The notes under the pieces are model-generated. The model did not search any database. It was not told the DNA's origin and worked only from the letters and a program-made list of their open reading frames with translations. Shown in pieces: positions 11,131-24,882 of a DNA stretch of 64,000 nucleotides. The stretch is from Eledone cirrhosa. Lineage: Eukaryota. Each line of letters opens with the position of its first letter. Positions within the stretch are counted from its first letter, which is position 1. A program made the position numbers and the translations under genes. The stretch lies in NCBI GenBank assembly GCA_964016885.1, contig OZ024744.1:102858001-102922000 (forward strand), in the 5' to 3' direction.

Positions 11131-14100
11131 GCTGCCAAGAAATTAAAAAGTAGTCAGTCTACTATTTAAAGTGGTCCTGCTGACATGAAACTAAAAAGTA
11201 GTCAGTCCATATTTAAAGTGGTCCTGCTGCCATGAAACTAAAAAGTAGTCAGTCCACTGTTTAAAGTGGTCCTGCTGCCATGAAACTAAAAAGTAACCAG
11301 TCCACTGTTTAAAGTGGTCCTGCTGCAATGAAAATGAAAAGTAGTCAGTCCACTGTTTAAAGTGGTCCTGCTGCCATGAAACTAAAAAGTAACCAGTCTA
11401 CTGCTTAAAGTGGTCCTGTTGCCATTAAACTAAAAAGTAACCAGTCAACTGTATAAAGTTGTCCTGCTGCCATGAAACTAAAAAGTAACCAGTCTACTGT
11501 TTAAAGTGGTCCTGTTGCCATGAAACTAAAGAGTAACCAGTCCACTGTTTAAAGTGCTCCTGCTGCCATGAAACTAAAAATAGTCAGTCTACTTTTTAAA
11601 GTGGTCCTGTTGCCATGAAACTAAAAAGTAGTCAGTCCGATATTTAAAGTTGTCCTGCTGCCATGAAACTAAAAAGTAGTCAGTCTACTGTTTAAAGTTA
11701 TCCTGTTGCCATGAAACAAAAAAGTAGTCAGTCCACTGTTTAAAGTGGTCCTGCTGCCATGAAACTAAAAAGTAGTCAGTCTACTGTTTAAAGTGGTCCT
11801 GCTGCCATGAAACTAAAAAGTAACCAGTCTACTGTTTAAAGTGGTCCTGCTGCCATGAAACTAAAAAGTAGTCAGTCTACTGTTTAAAGTGGTCCTGCTG
11901 CCATGAAACTAAAAAGTAGTCAGTCTACTGTTTAAAGTGGTCCTGCTGCCATGAAACTAAAAAGTAACCAGTCCACTGTTTAAAGTGGTCCTGCTGCCAT
12001 GAAACTAAAAATTAACCAGTCCACTGTTTAAAGTGGTCCTGTTGCCATGAAACTAAAAAGAAGTCAGTCCACTGTTTAAAGTGGTCCTGCTGCCATGAAA
12101 CTAAAAAGTAACCAGTCTACTGCTTAAAGTGGTCCTGCTGCCATGAAACTAAAAAGTAGTCAGTCTACTGTTTCAAGTGGTCCTGCTGCCATGAAACTAA
12201 AAAGTAGTCAGTCTACTGTTTAACGTGGTCCTATTGCCATGAAACTAAAAAATAGTCAGTCCATGTTTAAAGTGGTCCTGCTGCCATGAAACTAAAAAGT
12301 AGTCTGTCCACCGTTTAAAGTGGTCGTGCTGCCATGAAACTAAAAAGTAACCAGTCCACTATTTAAAGTGGTCCTGTTGCCATGAAACTAAAAAGTAGTC
12401 AGTCCACTGTTTAAAGTGGTCCTGTTGCCATGAAACTAAAAAGTAACCAGTTCCACTGTTTAAAGTGGTACTGTTGCCATGAAACTAAAAAGTAAACAGT
12501 CCACTGTTTAAAGTGGTCCTGTTGCCGTGAAACTAAAAAGTAACCATTCCACTGTTTAAAGTGGTCCTGCTGCCATGAAACTAGAAAGTAACCAGCCTAC
12601 TCTTTAAAGTGGTCCTGTTGCCATTAAACTAAAAAGTAACCAGTCTACTGCTTAAAGTGGTCCTGCTGCCATGAAACTAAAAAGTAGTCAGTCTACTGTT
12701 TAAAGTGGTCCTGCTGCCATGAAACTAAAAAGTAACCAGTCTACTGCTTAAAGTGGTCCTGCTGCCATGAAACTAAAAAGTAGTCAGTCTACTGTTTAAA
12801 GTGGTCCTGCTGCCATGAAACTAAAAAGTAGTCAGTCTACTGTTTAAAGTGGTCCTGTTGCCATGAAACTAAAAAATAGTCAGTCTTCTGTTTAAAGTGG
12901 TCCTGCTGCCATGAAACTAAAAAGTAGTCAGTATACTGTTTAAAGTGGTCCTGCTGCTATGAAACTAAAAAGTAACCAGTCTACTGTTTAAAGTGGTCCT
13001 GCTGCCATGAAACTAAAAAGTAACCAGTCTACTGTTTAAAGTGGTCCTGCTGCCATGGAACTAAAAAGTAATCAGTCTACTGTTTAAAGTGGGCCTGCTG
13101 CTATGAAACTAAAAAGTAGTCAGTCCACTGTTTAAAGTGGTTCTGCTGCCATGAAACTAAAAAGTAACCAGTCCACTGTTTAAAGTGGTCCTGCTGCCAT
13201 GAAACAAAAAGTAACCAGTCTACTGCTTAAAGTGGTCCTGTTTCCATGAAACTAAAAAGTAGTCAGTCTACTGTTTAAAGTGGTCCTGCTGCCATGAAAC
13301 TAAAAAGTAGTCAGTCTACTGTTTAAAGTGGTCCTGTTGCCATGAAACTAAAAAATAGTCAGTCTACTGTTTAAAGTGGTCCTGCTGCCATGAAACTAAA
13401 AAGTAACCAGTCCAGTATTTAAAGTGGTCCTGCTGCCATGAAACTAAAAATTAGTCAGTCTACTGTTTAAAGTGGTCCTGTTGCCATGAAACTAAAAAGT
13501 GGTCAGTCTACTGTTCAAAGTGGTCCTGCTGCCATGAAACTAAAAAGTAGTCAGTCAACTGTTTAAAGTGGTCCTGCTGCCATGAAACTAAAAAGGAGTC
13601 AGTCTACTGTTTAAACTGGTCCTGCTGCCATGAAACTAAAAAGTAACCAGTTCCACTGTTTAAAGTGGTCCTGTTGCCATGAAACTAAAAAGTAAACAGT
13701 CTACTGTTTAAAGTGGTCCTGTTGCCGTGAAACTAAAAAGTAACCATTCCACTGTTTAAAGTGGTCCTGCTGCCATGAAACTAGAAAGTAACCAGCCTAC
13801 TCTTTAAAGTGGTCCTGTTGCCATTAAATTAAAAGTAACCAGTCTACTGTTTAAAGTGGCCCTGCTTCCATGAAACTAAAAAGTAGTCAGTACACTGTTT
13901 AAAGTGGTCCTGCTGCCATGAAACTAAAAAGTAACCAGACCACTGTTTAAAGTGGTCCTGCTCCCATGAAACTAAAAAGTAACCACTCTACTGCTTAAAG
14001 TGGTTCTGTTGCCATGAAACTAAAAAGCAGTCAGTCTACTGTTTAAAGTGGTCCTGTTGCCATGAAACTCAAAAGTAACCAGTCTACTGCTTAAAGTGGT

Positions 14101-17100
14101 CCTCTTGCAATGAAACTAAAAAGTAGTCAGCCTACTGTTTAAAGTGGTCCTGCTGCCATGAAACTAAAAAGTAGTCAGTCTACTGTTTAAAGTGGTCCTG
14201 CTGCCATGAAACTAAAAAGTAACCAGTCCACTGTTTAAAGTGGTCCTGCTGCCATGAAACTAAAAAGTAACCAGTCCACTGTGTAAAGTGGTCCTGCTGC
14301 CATGAAACTAAAAAGTAACCAGTCCACTGTTTAAAGTGGTTCTGTTGCCATGAAACTAAATAGTAGTCAGACCACTGTTTAAAGTGGTCCTGCTGCCATG
14401 AAACTAAAAAGTAACCAGTCTACTGCTTAAAGTGGTCCTCTTGCAATGAAACTAAAAAGTAGTCAGTCTACTGTTTAAAGTGGTCCTGCTGCCATGAAAC
14501 TAAAAAGTAGTCAGTCTACTGTTTAAAGTGGTCCTGTTGCCATGAAACTAAAAAATAGTCAGTCTTCTGTTTAAAGAGGTCCTGCTGCCATGAAACTAAA
14601 AAGTAGTCAGTATACTGTTTAAAGTGGTCCTGCTGCCATGAAACTAAAAAGTAACCAGTCCACTGTTTAAAGTGGTCCTGCTGCCATGAAACTAAAAAGT
14701 AACCAGTCTACTGCTTAAAGTGGTTCTCTTGCCATGAAACTAAAAAGCAGTCCGTCTACTGTTTAAAGTGGTCCTGTTGCCATGAAACCCAAAAGTAACC
14801 AGTCCACTGTTTAAATTGGTCCTGTTGCCATGAAACTAAAAAGTAGCCAGTCTACTGTTTAAAGTGGTCCTACTGCCATGAAACTAAAAAGTAACCATTC
14901 CACTGTTTAAAGTGGTCCTGCTGCCATGAAACTAAAAAGTAACCAGTCCACTGTTTAAAGTGGTCCTGCTGCCATGAAACTAAAAAGTAACCAGTCCACT
15001 ATTTAAAGTGGTCCTGTTGCCATGAAACTAAAAAGTAGTCAGTCCACTGTTTAAAGTGGTTATGCTGCCATGAAACTAAAAAGTAGTCAGTCTACTGGTT
15101 AAAGTGGTTATACTGCCATGAAACTAAAAAGTAGTCAGTCTACTGGTTAAAGTGATCCTGTTGCCATGAAACTAAAAAGTAGTCAGTCCACTGTTTAAAC
15201 TGGTCCTGCTGCCATGAAACTAAAAAGTAACCAGTTCCACTGTTTAAAGTGGTACTGTTGCCATGAAACTAAAAAGTAAACAGTCTACTGTTTAAAGTGG
15301 TCCTGTTGCCGTGAAACTAAAAAGTAACCATTCCACTGTTTAAAGTGGTCCTGCTGCCATGAAATTAGAAAGTAACCAGCCTACTCTTTAAAGTGGTCCT
15401 GTTGCCATTAAACTAAAAAGTAACCAGTCTACTGTTTAAAGTGGTCCTGCTGCCATGAAACTAAAAAGTAGTCAGTCTACTGTTTAAAGTGGTCCTGTTG
15501 CCATGAAACTAAAAAATAGTCAGTCTTCTGTTTGAAGTGGTCCTGCTGCCATGAAACTAAAAAGTAGTCAGTATACTGTTTAAAGTGGTCCTGCTGCTAT
15601 GAAACTAAAAAGTAACCAGTCTACTGTTTAAAGTGGTCCTGCTGCCATGAAACTAAAAAGTAATCAGTCTACTGCTTAAAGTGGTTCTGTTGCCATGAAA
15701 CTAAAAAGCAGTCAGTCTAATGTTTAAAGTGGTCCTGTTGCCATGAAACTCAAAAGTAACCAGTCCACTGTTTAAAATGGTCCTGTTGCCATGAAACTAA
15801 AAAGTAGCCAGTCTACTGTTTAAACTGGTCCTGCTGCCATGAAACTAAAAAGTAACCAGGCCACTGTTTAAAGTGGTCCTGCTGCCATGAAACTAAAAAG
15901 TAACCAGTCCACTGTTTAAAGTGGTCCTGCTGCCATGAAACTAAAAAGGAACCAGTCCACTGTTTAAAGTGGTCCTGTTGCCATGAAACTAAAAAGAAGT
16001 CAGTCCACTGTTTAAAGTGGTCCTGCTGCCATGAAACTAAAAAGTAACCAATCTACTGCTTAAAGTGGTCCTGTTGCCATGAAACTAAAAAGTAGTCAGT
16101 CTACTGTTTCAAGTGGTCCTGCTGCCATGAAACTAAAAAGTAGTCAGTCTACTGTTTAACGTGGTCCTGTTGCCATGAAACTAAAAAATAGCCAGTCCAT
16201 GTTTAAAGTGGTACTGCTGCCATGAAACTAAAAAGTAGTCTGTCCACCGTTTAAAGTGTTCGTGCTGCCATGAAACTAAAAATAGTCAGTCCACTGTTTA
16301 AAGCGGTCCTGCTGCCAAGAAATTAAAAAGTAGTCAGTCTACTATTTAAAGTGGTCCTGCTGACATGAAACTAAAAAGTAGTCAGTCCATATTTAAAGTG
16401 GTCCTGCTGCCATGAAACTAAAAAGTAGTCAGTCCACTGTTTAAAGTGGTCCTGCTGCCATGAAACTAAAAAGTAACCAGTCCACTGTTTAAAGTGGTCC
16501 TGCTGCCATGAAAATAAAAAGTAGTCAGTCCACTGTTTAAAGTGGTCCTGCTGCCATGAAACTAAAAAGTAACCAGTCTACTGCTTAAAGTGGTCCTGCT
16601 GCCATGAAACTAAAAAGTAACCAGTCTACTGTTTAAAGTGGTCCTGTTGCCATGAAACTAAAGAGTAACCAGTCCACTGTTTAAAGTGCTCCTGCTGCCA
16701 TGAAACTAAAAATAGTCAGTCTACTTTCTAAAGTGGTCCTGTTGCCATGAAACTAAAAAGTAGTCAGTCCGATATTTAAAGTTGTCCTGCTGCCATGAAA
16801 CTAAAAAGTAGTCAGTCTACTGTTTAAAGTTATCCTGTTGCCATGAAACCAAAAAGTAGTCAGTCCACTGTTTAAAGTGGTCCTGCTGCCATGAAACTAA
16901 AAAGTAGTCAGTCTACTGTTTAAAGTGGTCCTGCTGCCATGAAACTAAAAAGTAACCAGTTCCACTGTTTAAAGTGGTCCTGTTGCCATGAAACTAAAAA
17001 GTAAACAGTCTACTGTTTAAAGTGGTCCTGTTGCCGTGAAACTAAAAAGTAACCATTCCACTGTTTAAAGTGGTCCTGCTGCCATGAAACTAGAAAGTAA

Positions 17101-17386
17101 CCAGCCTACTCTTTAAAGTGGTCCTGTTGCCATTAAACTAAAAAGTAACCAGTCTACTGTTTAAAGTGGTCCTGCTGCCATGAAACTAAAAAGTAGTCAG
17201 TCTACTGTTTAAAGTGGCCCTGCTTCCATGAAACTAAAAAGTAGTCAGTACACTGTTTAAAGTGGTCCTGCTGCCATGAAACTAAAAAGTAACCAGACCA
17301 CTGTTTAAAGTGGTCCTGCTCCCATGAAACTAAAACGTAACCAGTCTACTGCTTAATATGGTTCTGTTGCCATGAAACTAAAAAGC

Positions 17387-20300
17387 AGTCAGTCTACTGT
17401 TTAAAGTGGTCCTGTTGCCATGAAACTCAAAAGTAACCAGTCTACTGCTTAAAGTGGTCCTCTTGCAATGAAACTAAAAAGTAGTCAGTCTACTGTTTAA
17501 AGTGGTCCTGCTGCCATGAAACTAAAAAGTAGTCAGTCTACTGTTTAAAGTGGTCCTGCTGCCATGAAACTAAAAAGTAACCAGTCCACTGTTTAAAGTG
17601 GTCCTGCTGCCATGAAACTAAAAAGTAACCAGTCCACTGTTTAAAGTGGTCCTGCTGCCATGAAACTAAAAAGTAACCAGTCCACTGTTTAAAGTGGTCC
17701 TGTTGCCATGAAACTAAATAGTAGTCAGACCACTGTTTAAAGTGGTCCTGCTGCCATGAAACTAAAAAGTAACCAGTCTACTGCTTAAAGTGGTCCTCTT
17801 GCAATGAAACTAAAAAGTAGTCAGTCTACTGTTTAAAGTGGTCCTGCTGCCATGAAACTAAAAAGTAGTCAGTCTACTGTTTAAAGTGGTCCTGTTGCCA
17901 TGAAACTAAAGAGTAACCAGTCCACTGTTTAAAGTGCTCCTGCTGCCATGAAACTAAAAATAGTCAGTCTACTTTCTAAAGTGGTCCTGTTGCCATGAAA
18001 CTAAAAAGTAGTCAGTCCGCTATTTAAAGTTGTCCTGCTGCCATGAAACTAAAAAGTAGTCAGTCTACTGTTTAAAGTTATCCTGTTGCCATGAAACCAA
18101 AAAGTAGTCAGTCCACTGTTTAAAGTGGTCCTGCTGCCATGAAACTAAAAAGTAGTCAGTCTACTGTTTAAAGTGGTCCTGCTGCCATGAAACTAAAAAG
18201 TAACCAGTTCCACTGTTTAAAGTGGTCCTGTTGCCATGAAACTAAAAAGTAAACAGTCTACTGTTTAAAGTGGTCCTGTTGCCGTGAAACTAAAAAGTAA
18301 CCATACCACTGTTTAAAGTGGTCCTGCTGCCATGAAACTAGAAAGTAACCAGCCTACTCTTTAAAGTGGTCCTGTTGCCATGAAACTAAAAAGTAACCAG
18401 TTCCACTGTTTAAAGTTGTCCTGTTGCCATGAAACTAAAAAGTAAACAGTCTACTGTTTAAAGTGGTCCTGTTGCCGTGAAACTAAAAAGTAACCATTCC
18501 ACTGTTTAAAGTGGTCCTGCTGCCATGAAACTAGAAAGTAACCAGCCTACTCTTTAAAGTGGTCCTGTTGCCATTAAACTAAAAAGTAACCAGTCTACTG
18601 TTTAAAGTGGTCCTGCTGCCATGAAACTAAAAAGTAGTCAGTCTACTGTTTAAAGTGGCCCTGCTTCCATGAAACTAAAAAGTAGTCAGTACACTGTTTA
18701 AAGTGGTCCTGCTGCCATGAAACTAAAAAGTAACCAGACCACTGTTTAAAGTGGTCCTGCTCCCATGAAACTAAAAAGTAACCAGTCTACTGCTTAAAGT
18801 GGTTCTGTTGCCATGAAACTAAAAAGCAGTCAGTCTACTGTTTAAAGTGGTCCTGTTGCCATGAAACTCAAAAGTAACCAGTCTACTGCTTAAAGTGGTC
18901 CTCTTGCAATGAAACTAAAAAGTAGTCAGTCTACTGTTTAAAGTGGTCCTGCTGCCATGAAACTAAAAAGTAGTCAGTCTACTGTTTAAAGTGGTCCTGC
19001 TGCCATGAAACTAAAAAGTAACCAGTCCACTGTTTAAAGTGGTCCTGCTGCCATGAAACTAAAAAGTAACCAGTCCACTGTTTACAGTGGTCCTGCTGCC
19101 ATGAAACTAAAAAGTAACCAGTCCACTGTTTAAAGTGGTCCTGTTGCCATGAAACTAAATAGTAGTCAGACCACTGTTTAAAGTGGTCCTGCTGCCATGA
19201 AACTAAAAAGTAACCAGTCTACTGCTTAAAGTGGTCCTCTTGCAATGAAACTAAAAAGTAGTCAGTCTACTGTTTAAAGTGGTCCTGCTGCCATGAAACT
19301 AAAAAGTAGTCAGTCTACTGTTTAAAGTGGTCCTGTTGCCATGAAACTAAAAAATAGTCAGTCTTCTGTTTAAAGTGGTCCTGCTGCCATGAAACTAAAA
19401 AGTAGTCAGTATACTGTTTAAAGTGGTCCTGCTGCCATGAAACTAAAAAGTAACCAGTCCACTGTTTAAAGTGGTCCTGCTGCCATGAAACTAAAAAGTA
19501 ACCAGTCTACTGCTTAAAGTGGTTCTGTTGCCATGAAACTAAAAAGCAGTCCGTCTACTGTTTAAAGTGGTCCTGTTGCCATGAAACCCAAAAGTAACCA
19601 GTCCACTGTTTAAAATGGTCCTGTTGCCATGAAACTAAAAAGTAGCCAGTCTACTGTTTAATGTGGTCCTACTGCCATGAAACTAAAAAGTAACCATTCC
19701 ACTGTTTAAAGTGGTCCTGCTGCCATGAAACTAAAAAGTAACCAGTCCACTGTTTAAAGTGGTCCTGCTGCCATGAAACTAAAAAGTAACCAGTCCACTA
19801 TTTAAAGTGGTCCTGTTGCCATGAAACTAAAAAGTAGTCAGTCCACTGTTTAAAGTGGTCCTGCTGCCATGAAACTAAAATGTAACCAGTCTACTGCTTA
19901 AAGTGGTCCTGCTGCCATGAAACTAAAAAATAGTCAGTCTACTGTTTAAAGTGGTCCTGCTGCCATGAAACTAAAAAGTAGTCATTCTACTGGTTAAAGT
20001 GGTTATGCTGCCATGAAACTAAAAAGTAGTCAGTCTACTGGTTAAAGTGGTTATACTGCCATGAAACTAAAAAGTAGTCAGTCTACTGGTTAAAGTGATC
20101 CTGTTGCCATGAAACTAAAAAGTAGTCAGTCCACTGTTTAAACTGGTCCTGCTGCCATGAAACTAAAAAGTAACCAGTTCCACTGTTTCAAGTGGTACTG
20201 TTGCCATGAAACTAGAAAGTAACCAGCCTACTCTTTAAAGTGGTCCTGTTGCCATTAAACTAAAAAGTAACCAGTCTACTGTTTAAAGTGGTCCTGCTGC

Positions 20301-23300
20301 CATGAAACTAAAAAGTAGTCAGTCTACTGTTTAAAGTGGTCCTGTTGCCATGAAACTAAAAAATAGTCAGTCTTCTGTTTGAAGTGGTCCTGCTGCCATG
20401 AAACTAAAAAGTAGTCAGTATACTGTTTAAAGTGGTCCTGCTGCTATGAAACTAAAAAGTAACCAGTCTACTGTTTAAAGTGGTCCTGCTGCCATGAAAC
20501 TAAAAAGTAACCAGTCTACTGCTTAAAGTGGTTCTGTTGCCATGAAACTAAAAAGCAGTCAGTCTAATGTTTAAAGTGGTCCTGTTGCCATGAAACTCAA
20601 AAGTAACCAGTCCACTGTTTAAAATGGTCCTGTTGCCATGAAACTAAAAAGTAGCCAGTCTACTGTTTAAACTGGTCCTGCTGCCATGAAACTAAAAAGT
20701 ACCCAGTCCACTGTTTAAAGTGGTCCTGCTGCCATGAAACTAAAAAGTAACCAGGCAACTGTTTAAAGTGGTCCTGCTGCCATGAAACTAAAAAGTAACC
20801 AGTCTACTGCTTAAAGTGGTCCTGTTGCCATGAAACTAAAAAGTAGTCAGTCTACTGTTTCAAGTGGTCCTGCTGCCATGAAACTAAAAAGTAGTCAGTC
20901 TACTGTTTAACGTGGTCCTGTTGCCATGAAACTAAAAAATAGCCAGTCCATGTTTAAAGTGGTTCTGCTGCCATGAAACTAAAAAGTAGTCTGTCCACCG
21001 TTTAAAGTGTTCGTGCTGCCATGAAACTAAAAATAGTCAGTCCACTGTTTAAAGCGGTCCTGCTGCCAAGAAATTAAAAAGTAGTCAGTCTACTATTTAA
21101 AGTGGTCCTGCTGCCATGAAACTAAAAAGTAGTCAGTCTACTGTTTAAAGTGGTCCTGTTGCCATGAAACTCAAAAGTAACCAGTCTACTGCTTAAAGTG
21201 GTCCTCTTGCAATGAAACTAAAAAGTAGTCAGTCTACTGTTTAAAGTGGTCCTGCTGCCATGAAACTAAAAAGTAGTCAGTCTACTGTTTAAAGTGGTCC
21301 TGCTGCCATGAAACTAAAAAGTAACCAGTCCACTGTTTAAAGTGGTCCTGCTGCCATGAAACTAAAAAGTAACCAGTCCACTGTTTAAAGTGGTCCTGCT
21401 GCCATGAAACTAAAAAGTAACCAGTCCACTGTTTAAAGTGGTCCTGTTGCCATGAAACTAAATAGTAGTCAGACCACTGTTTAAAGTGGTCCTGCTGCCA
21501 TGAAACTAAAAAGTAACCAGTCTACTGCTTAAAGTGGTCCTCTTGCAATGAAACTAAAAAGTAGTCAGTCTACTGTTTAAAGTGGTCCTGCTGCCATGAA
21601 ACTAAAAAGTAGTCAGTCTACTGTTTAAAGTGGTCCTGTTGCCATGAAACTAAAGAGTAACCAGTCCACTGTTTAAAGTGCTCCTGCTGCCATGAAACTA
21701 AAAATAGTCAGTCTACTTTCTAAAGTGGTCCTGTTGCCATGAAACTAAAAAGTAGTCAGTCCGCTATTTAAAGTTGTCCTGCTGCCATGAAACTAAAAAG
21801 TAGTCAGTCTACTGTTTAAAGTTATCCTGTTGCCATGAAACCAAAAAGTAGTCAGTCCACTGTTTAAAGTGGTCCTGCTGCCATGAAACTAAAAAGTAGT
21901 CAGTCTACTGTTTAAAGTGGTCCTGCTGCCATGAAACTAAAAAGTAACCAGTTCCACTGTTTAAAGTGGTCCTGTTGCCATGAAACTAAAAAGTAAACAG
22001 TCTACTGTTTAAAGTGGTCCTGTTGCCGTGAAACTAAAAAGTAACCATACCACTGTTTAAAGTGGTCCTGCTGCCATGAAACTAGAAAGTAACCAGCCTA
22101 CTCTTTAAAGTGGTCCTGTTGCCATGAAACTAAAAAGTAACCAGTTCCACTGTTTAAAGTTGTCCTGTTGCCATGAAACTAAAAAGTAAACAGTCTACTG
22201 TTTAAAGTGGTCCTGTTGCCGTGAAACTAAAAAGTAACCATTCCACTGTTTAAAGTGGTCCTGCTGCCATGAAACTAGAAAGTAACCAGCCTACTCTTTA
22301 AAGTGGTCCTGTTGCCATTAAACTAAAAAGTAACCAGTCTACTGTTTAAAGTGGTCCTGCTGCCATGAAACTAAAAAGTAGTCAGTCTACTGTTTAAAGT
22401 GGCCCTGCTTCCATGAAACTAAAAAGTAGTCAGTACACTGTTTAAAGTGGTCCTGCTGCCATGAAACTAAAAAGTAACCAGACCACTGTTTAAAGTGGTC
22501 CTGCTCCCATGAAACTAAAAAGTAACCAGTCTACTGCTTAAAGTGGTTCTGTTGCCATGAAACTAAAAAGCAGTCAGTCTACTGTTTAAAGTGGTCCTGT
22601 TGCCATGAAACTCAAAAGTAACCAGTCTACTGCTTAAAGTGGTCCTCTTGCAATGAAACTAAAAAGTAGTCAGTCTACTGTTTAAAGTGGTCCTGCTGCC
22701 ATGAAACTAAAAAGTAGTCAGTCTACTGTTTAAAGTGGTCCTGCTGCCATGAAACTAAAAAGTAACCAGTCCACTGTTTAAAGTGGTCCTGCTGCCATGA
22801 AACTAAAAAGTAACCAGTCCACTGTTTAAAGTGGTCCTGCTGCCATGAAACTAAAAAGTAACCAGTCCACTGTTTAAAGTGGTCCTGTTGCCATGAAACT
22901 AAATAGTAGTCAGACCACTGTTTAAAGTGGTCCTGCTGCCATGAAACTAAAAAGTAACCAGTCTACTGCTTAAAGTGGTCCTCTTGCAATGAAACTAAAA
23001 AGTAGTCAGTCTACTGTTTAAAGTGGTCCTGCTGCCATGAAACTAAAAAGTAGTCAGTCTACTGTTTAAAGTGGTCCTGTTGCCATGAAACTAAAAAATA
23101 GTCAGTCTTCTGTTTAAAGTGGTCCTGCTGCCATGAAACTAAAAAGTAGTCAGTATACTGTTTAAAGTGGTCCTGCTGCCATGAAACTAAAAAGTAACCA
23201 GTCCACTGTTTAAAGTGGTCCTGCTGCCATGAAACTAAAAAGTAACCAGTCTACTGCTTAAAGTGGTTCTGTTGCCATGAAACTAAAAAGCAGTCCGTCT

Positions 23301-24882
23301 ACTGTTTAAAGTGGTCCTGTTGCCATGAAACCCAAAAGTAACCAGTCCACTGTTTAAAATGGTCCTGTTGCCATGAAACTAAAAAGTAGCCAGTCTACTG
23401 TTTAATGTGGTCCTACTGCCATGAAACTAAAAAGTAACCATTCCACTGTTTAAAGTGGTCCTGCTGCCATGAAACTAAAAAGTAACCAGTCCACTGTTTA
23501 AAGTGGTCCTGCTGCCATGAAACTAAAAAGTAACCAGTCCACTATTTAAAGTGGTCCTGTTGCCATGAAACTAAAAAGTAGTCAGTCCACTGTTTAAAGT
23601 GGTCCTGCTGCCATGAAACTAAAATGTAACCAGTCTACTGCTTAAAGTGGTCCTGCTGCCATGAAACTAAAAAATAGTCAGTCTACTGTTTAAAGTGGTC
23701 CTGCTGCCATGAAACTAAAAAGTAGTCATTCTACTGGTTAAAGTGGTTATGCTGCCATGAAACTAAAAAGTAGTCAGTCTACTGGTTAAAGTGGTTATAC
23801 TGCCATGAAACTAAAAAGTAGTCAGTCTACTGGTTAAAGTGATCCTGTTGCCATGAAACTAAAAAGTAGTCAGTCCACTGTTTAAACTGGTCCTGCTGCC
23901 ATGAAACTAAAAAGTAACCAGTTCCACTGTTTCAAGTGGTACTGTTGCCATGAAACTAGAAAGTAACCAGCCTACTCTTTAAAGTGGTCCTGTTGCCATT
24001 AAACTAAAAAGTAACCAGTCTACTGTTTAAAGTGGTCCTGCTGCCATGAAACTAAAAAGTAGTCAGTCTACTGTTTAAAGTGGTCCTGTTGCCATGAAAC
24101 TAAAAAATAGTCAGTCTTCTGTTTGAAGTGGTCCTGCTGCCATGAAACTAAAAAGTAGTCAGTATACTGTTTAAAGTGGTCCTGCTGCTATGAAACTAAA
24201 AAGTAACCAGTCTACTGTTTAAAGTGGTCCTGCTGCCATGAAACTAAAAAGTAACCAGTCTACTGCTTAAAGTGGTTCTGTTGCCATGAAACTAAAAAGC
24301 AGTCAGTCTAATGTTTAAAGTGGTCCTGTTGCCATGAAACTCAAAAGTAACCAGTCCACTGTTTAAAATGGTCCTGTTGCCATGAAACTAAAAAGTAGCC
24401 AGTCTACTGTTTAAACTGGTCCTGCTGCCATGAAACTAAAAAGTACCCAGTCCACTGTTTAAAGTGGTCCTGCTGCCATGAAACTAAAAAGTAACCAGGC
24501 AACTGTTTAAAGTGGTCCTGCTGCCATGAAACTAAAAAGTAACCAGTCTACTGCTTAAAGTGGTCCTGTTGCCATGAAACTAAAAAGTAGTCAGTCTACT
24601 GTTTCAAGTGGTCCTGCTGCCATGAAACTAAAAAGTAGTCAGTCTACTGTTTAACGTGGTCCTGTTGCCATGAAACTAAAAAATAGCCAGTCCATGTTTA
24701 AAGTGGTTCTGCTGCCATGAAACTAAAAAGTAGTCTGTCCACCGTTTAAAGTGTTCGTGCTGCCATGAAACTAAAAATAGTCAGTCCACTGTTTAAAGCG
24801 GTCCTGCTGCCAAGAAATTAAAAAGTAGTCAGTCTACTATTTAAAGTGGTCCTGCTGCCATGAAACTAAAAAGTAGTCAGTC
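17387..24882. repeat. Near-perfect tandem duplication, period 3744 bp (78 monomers), 2 copies
   Basis: Marker pairs all offset by 3744: CTCAAAAG 17426/21170, CCGCTATTT 18017/21761, ACCCAG 20701/24445. One difference noticed: C at 19085 versus A at 22829. Confidence 0.92.
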
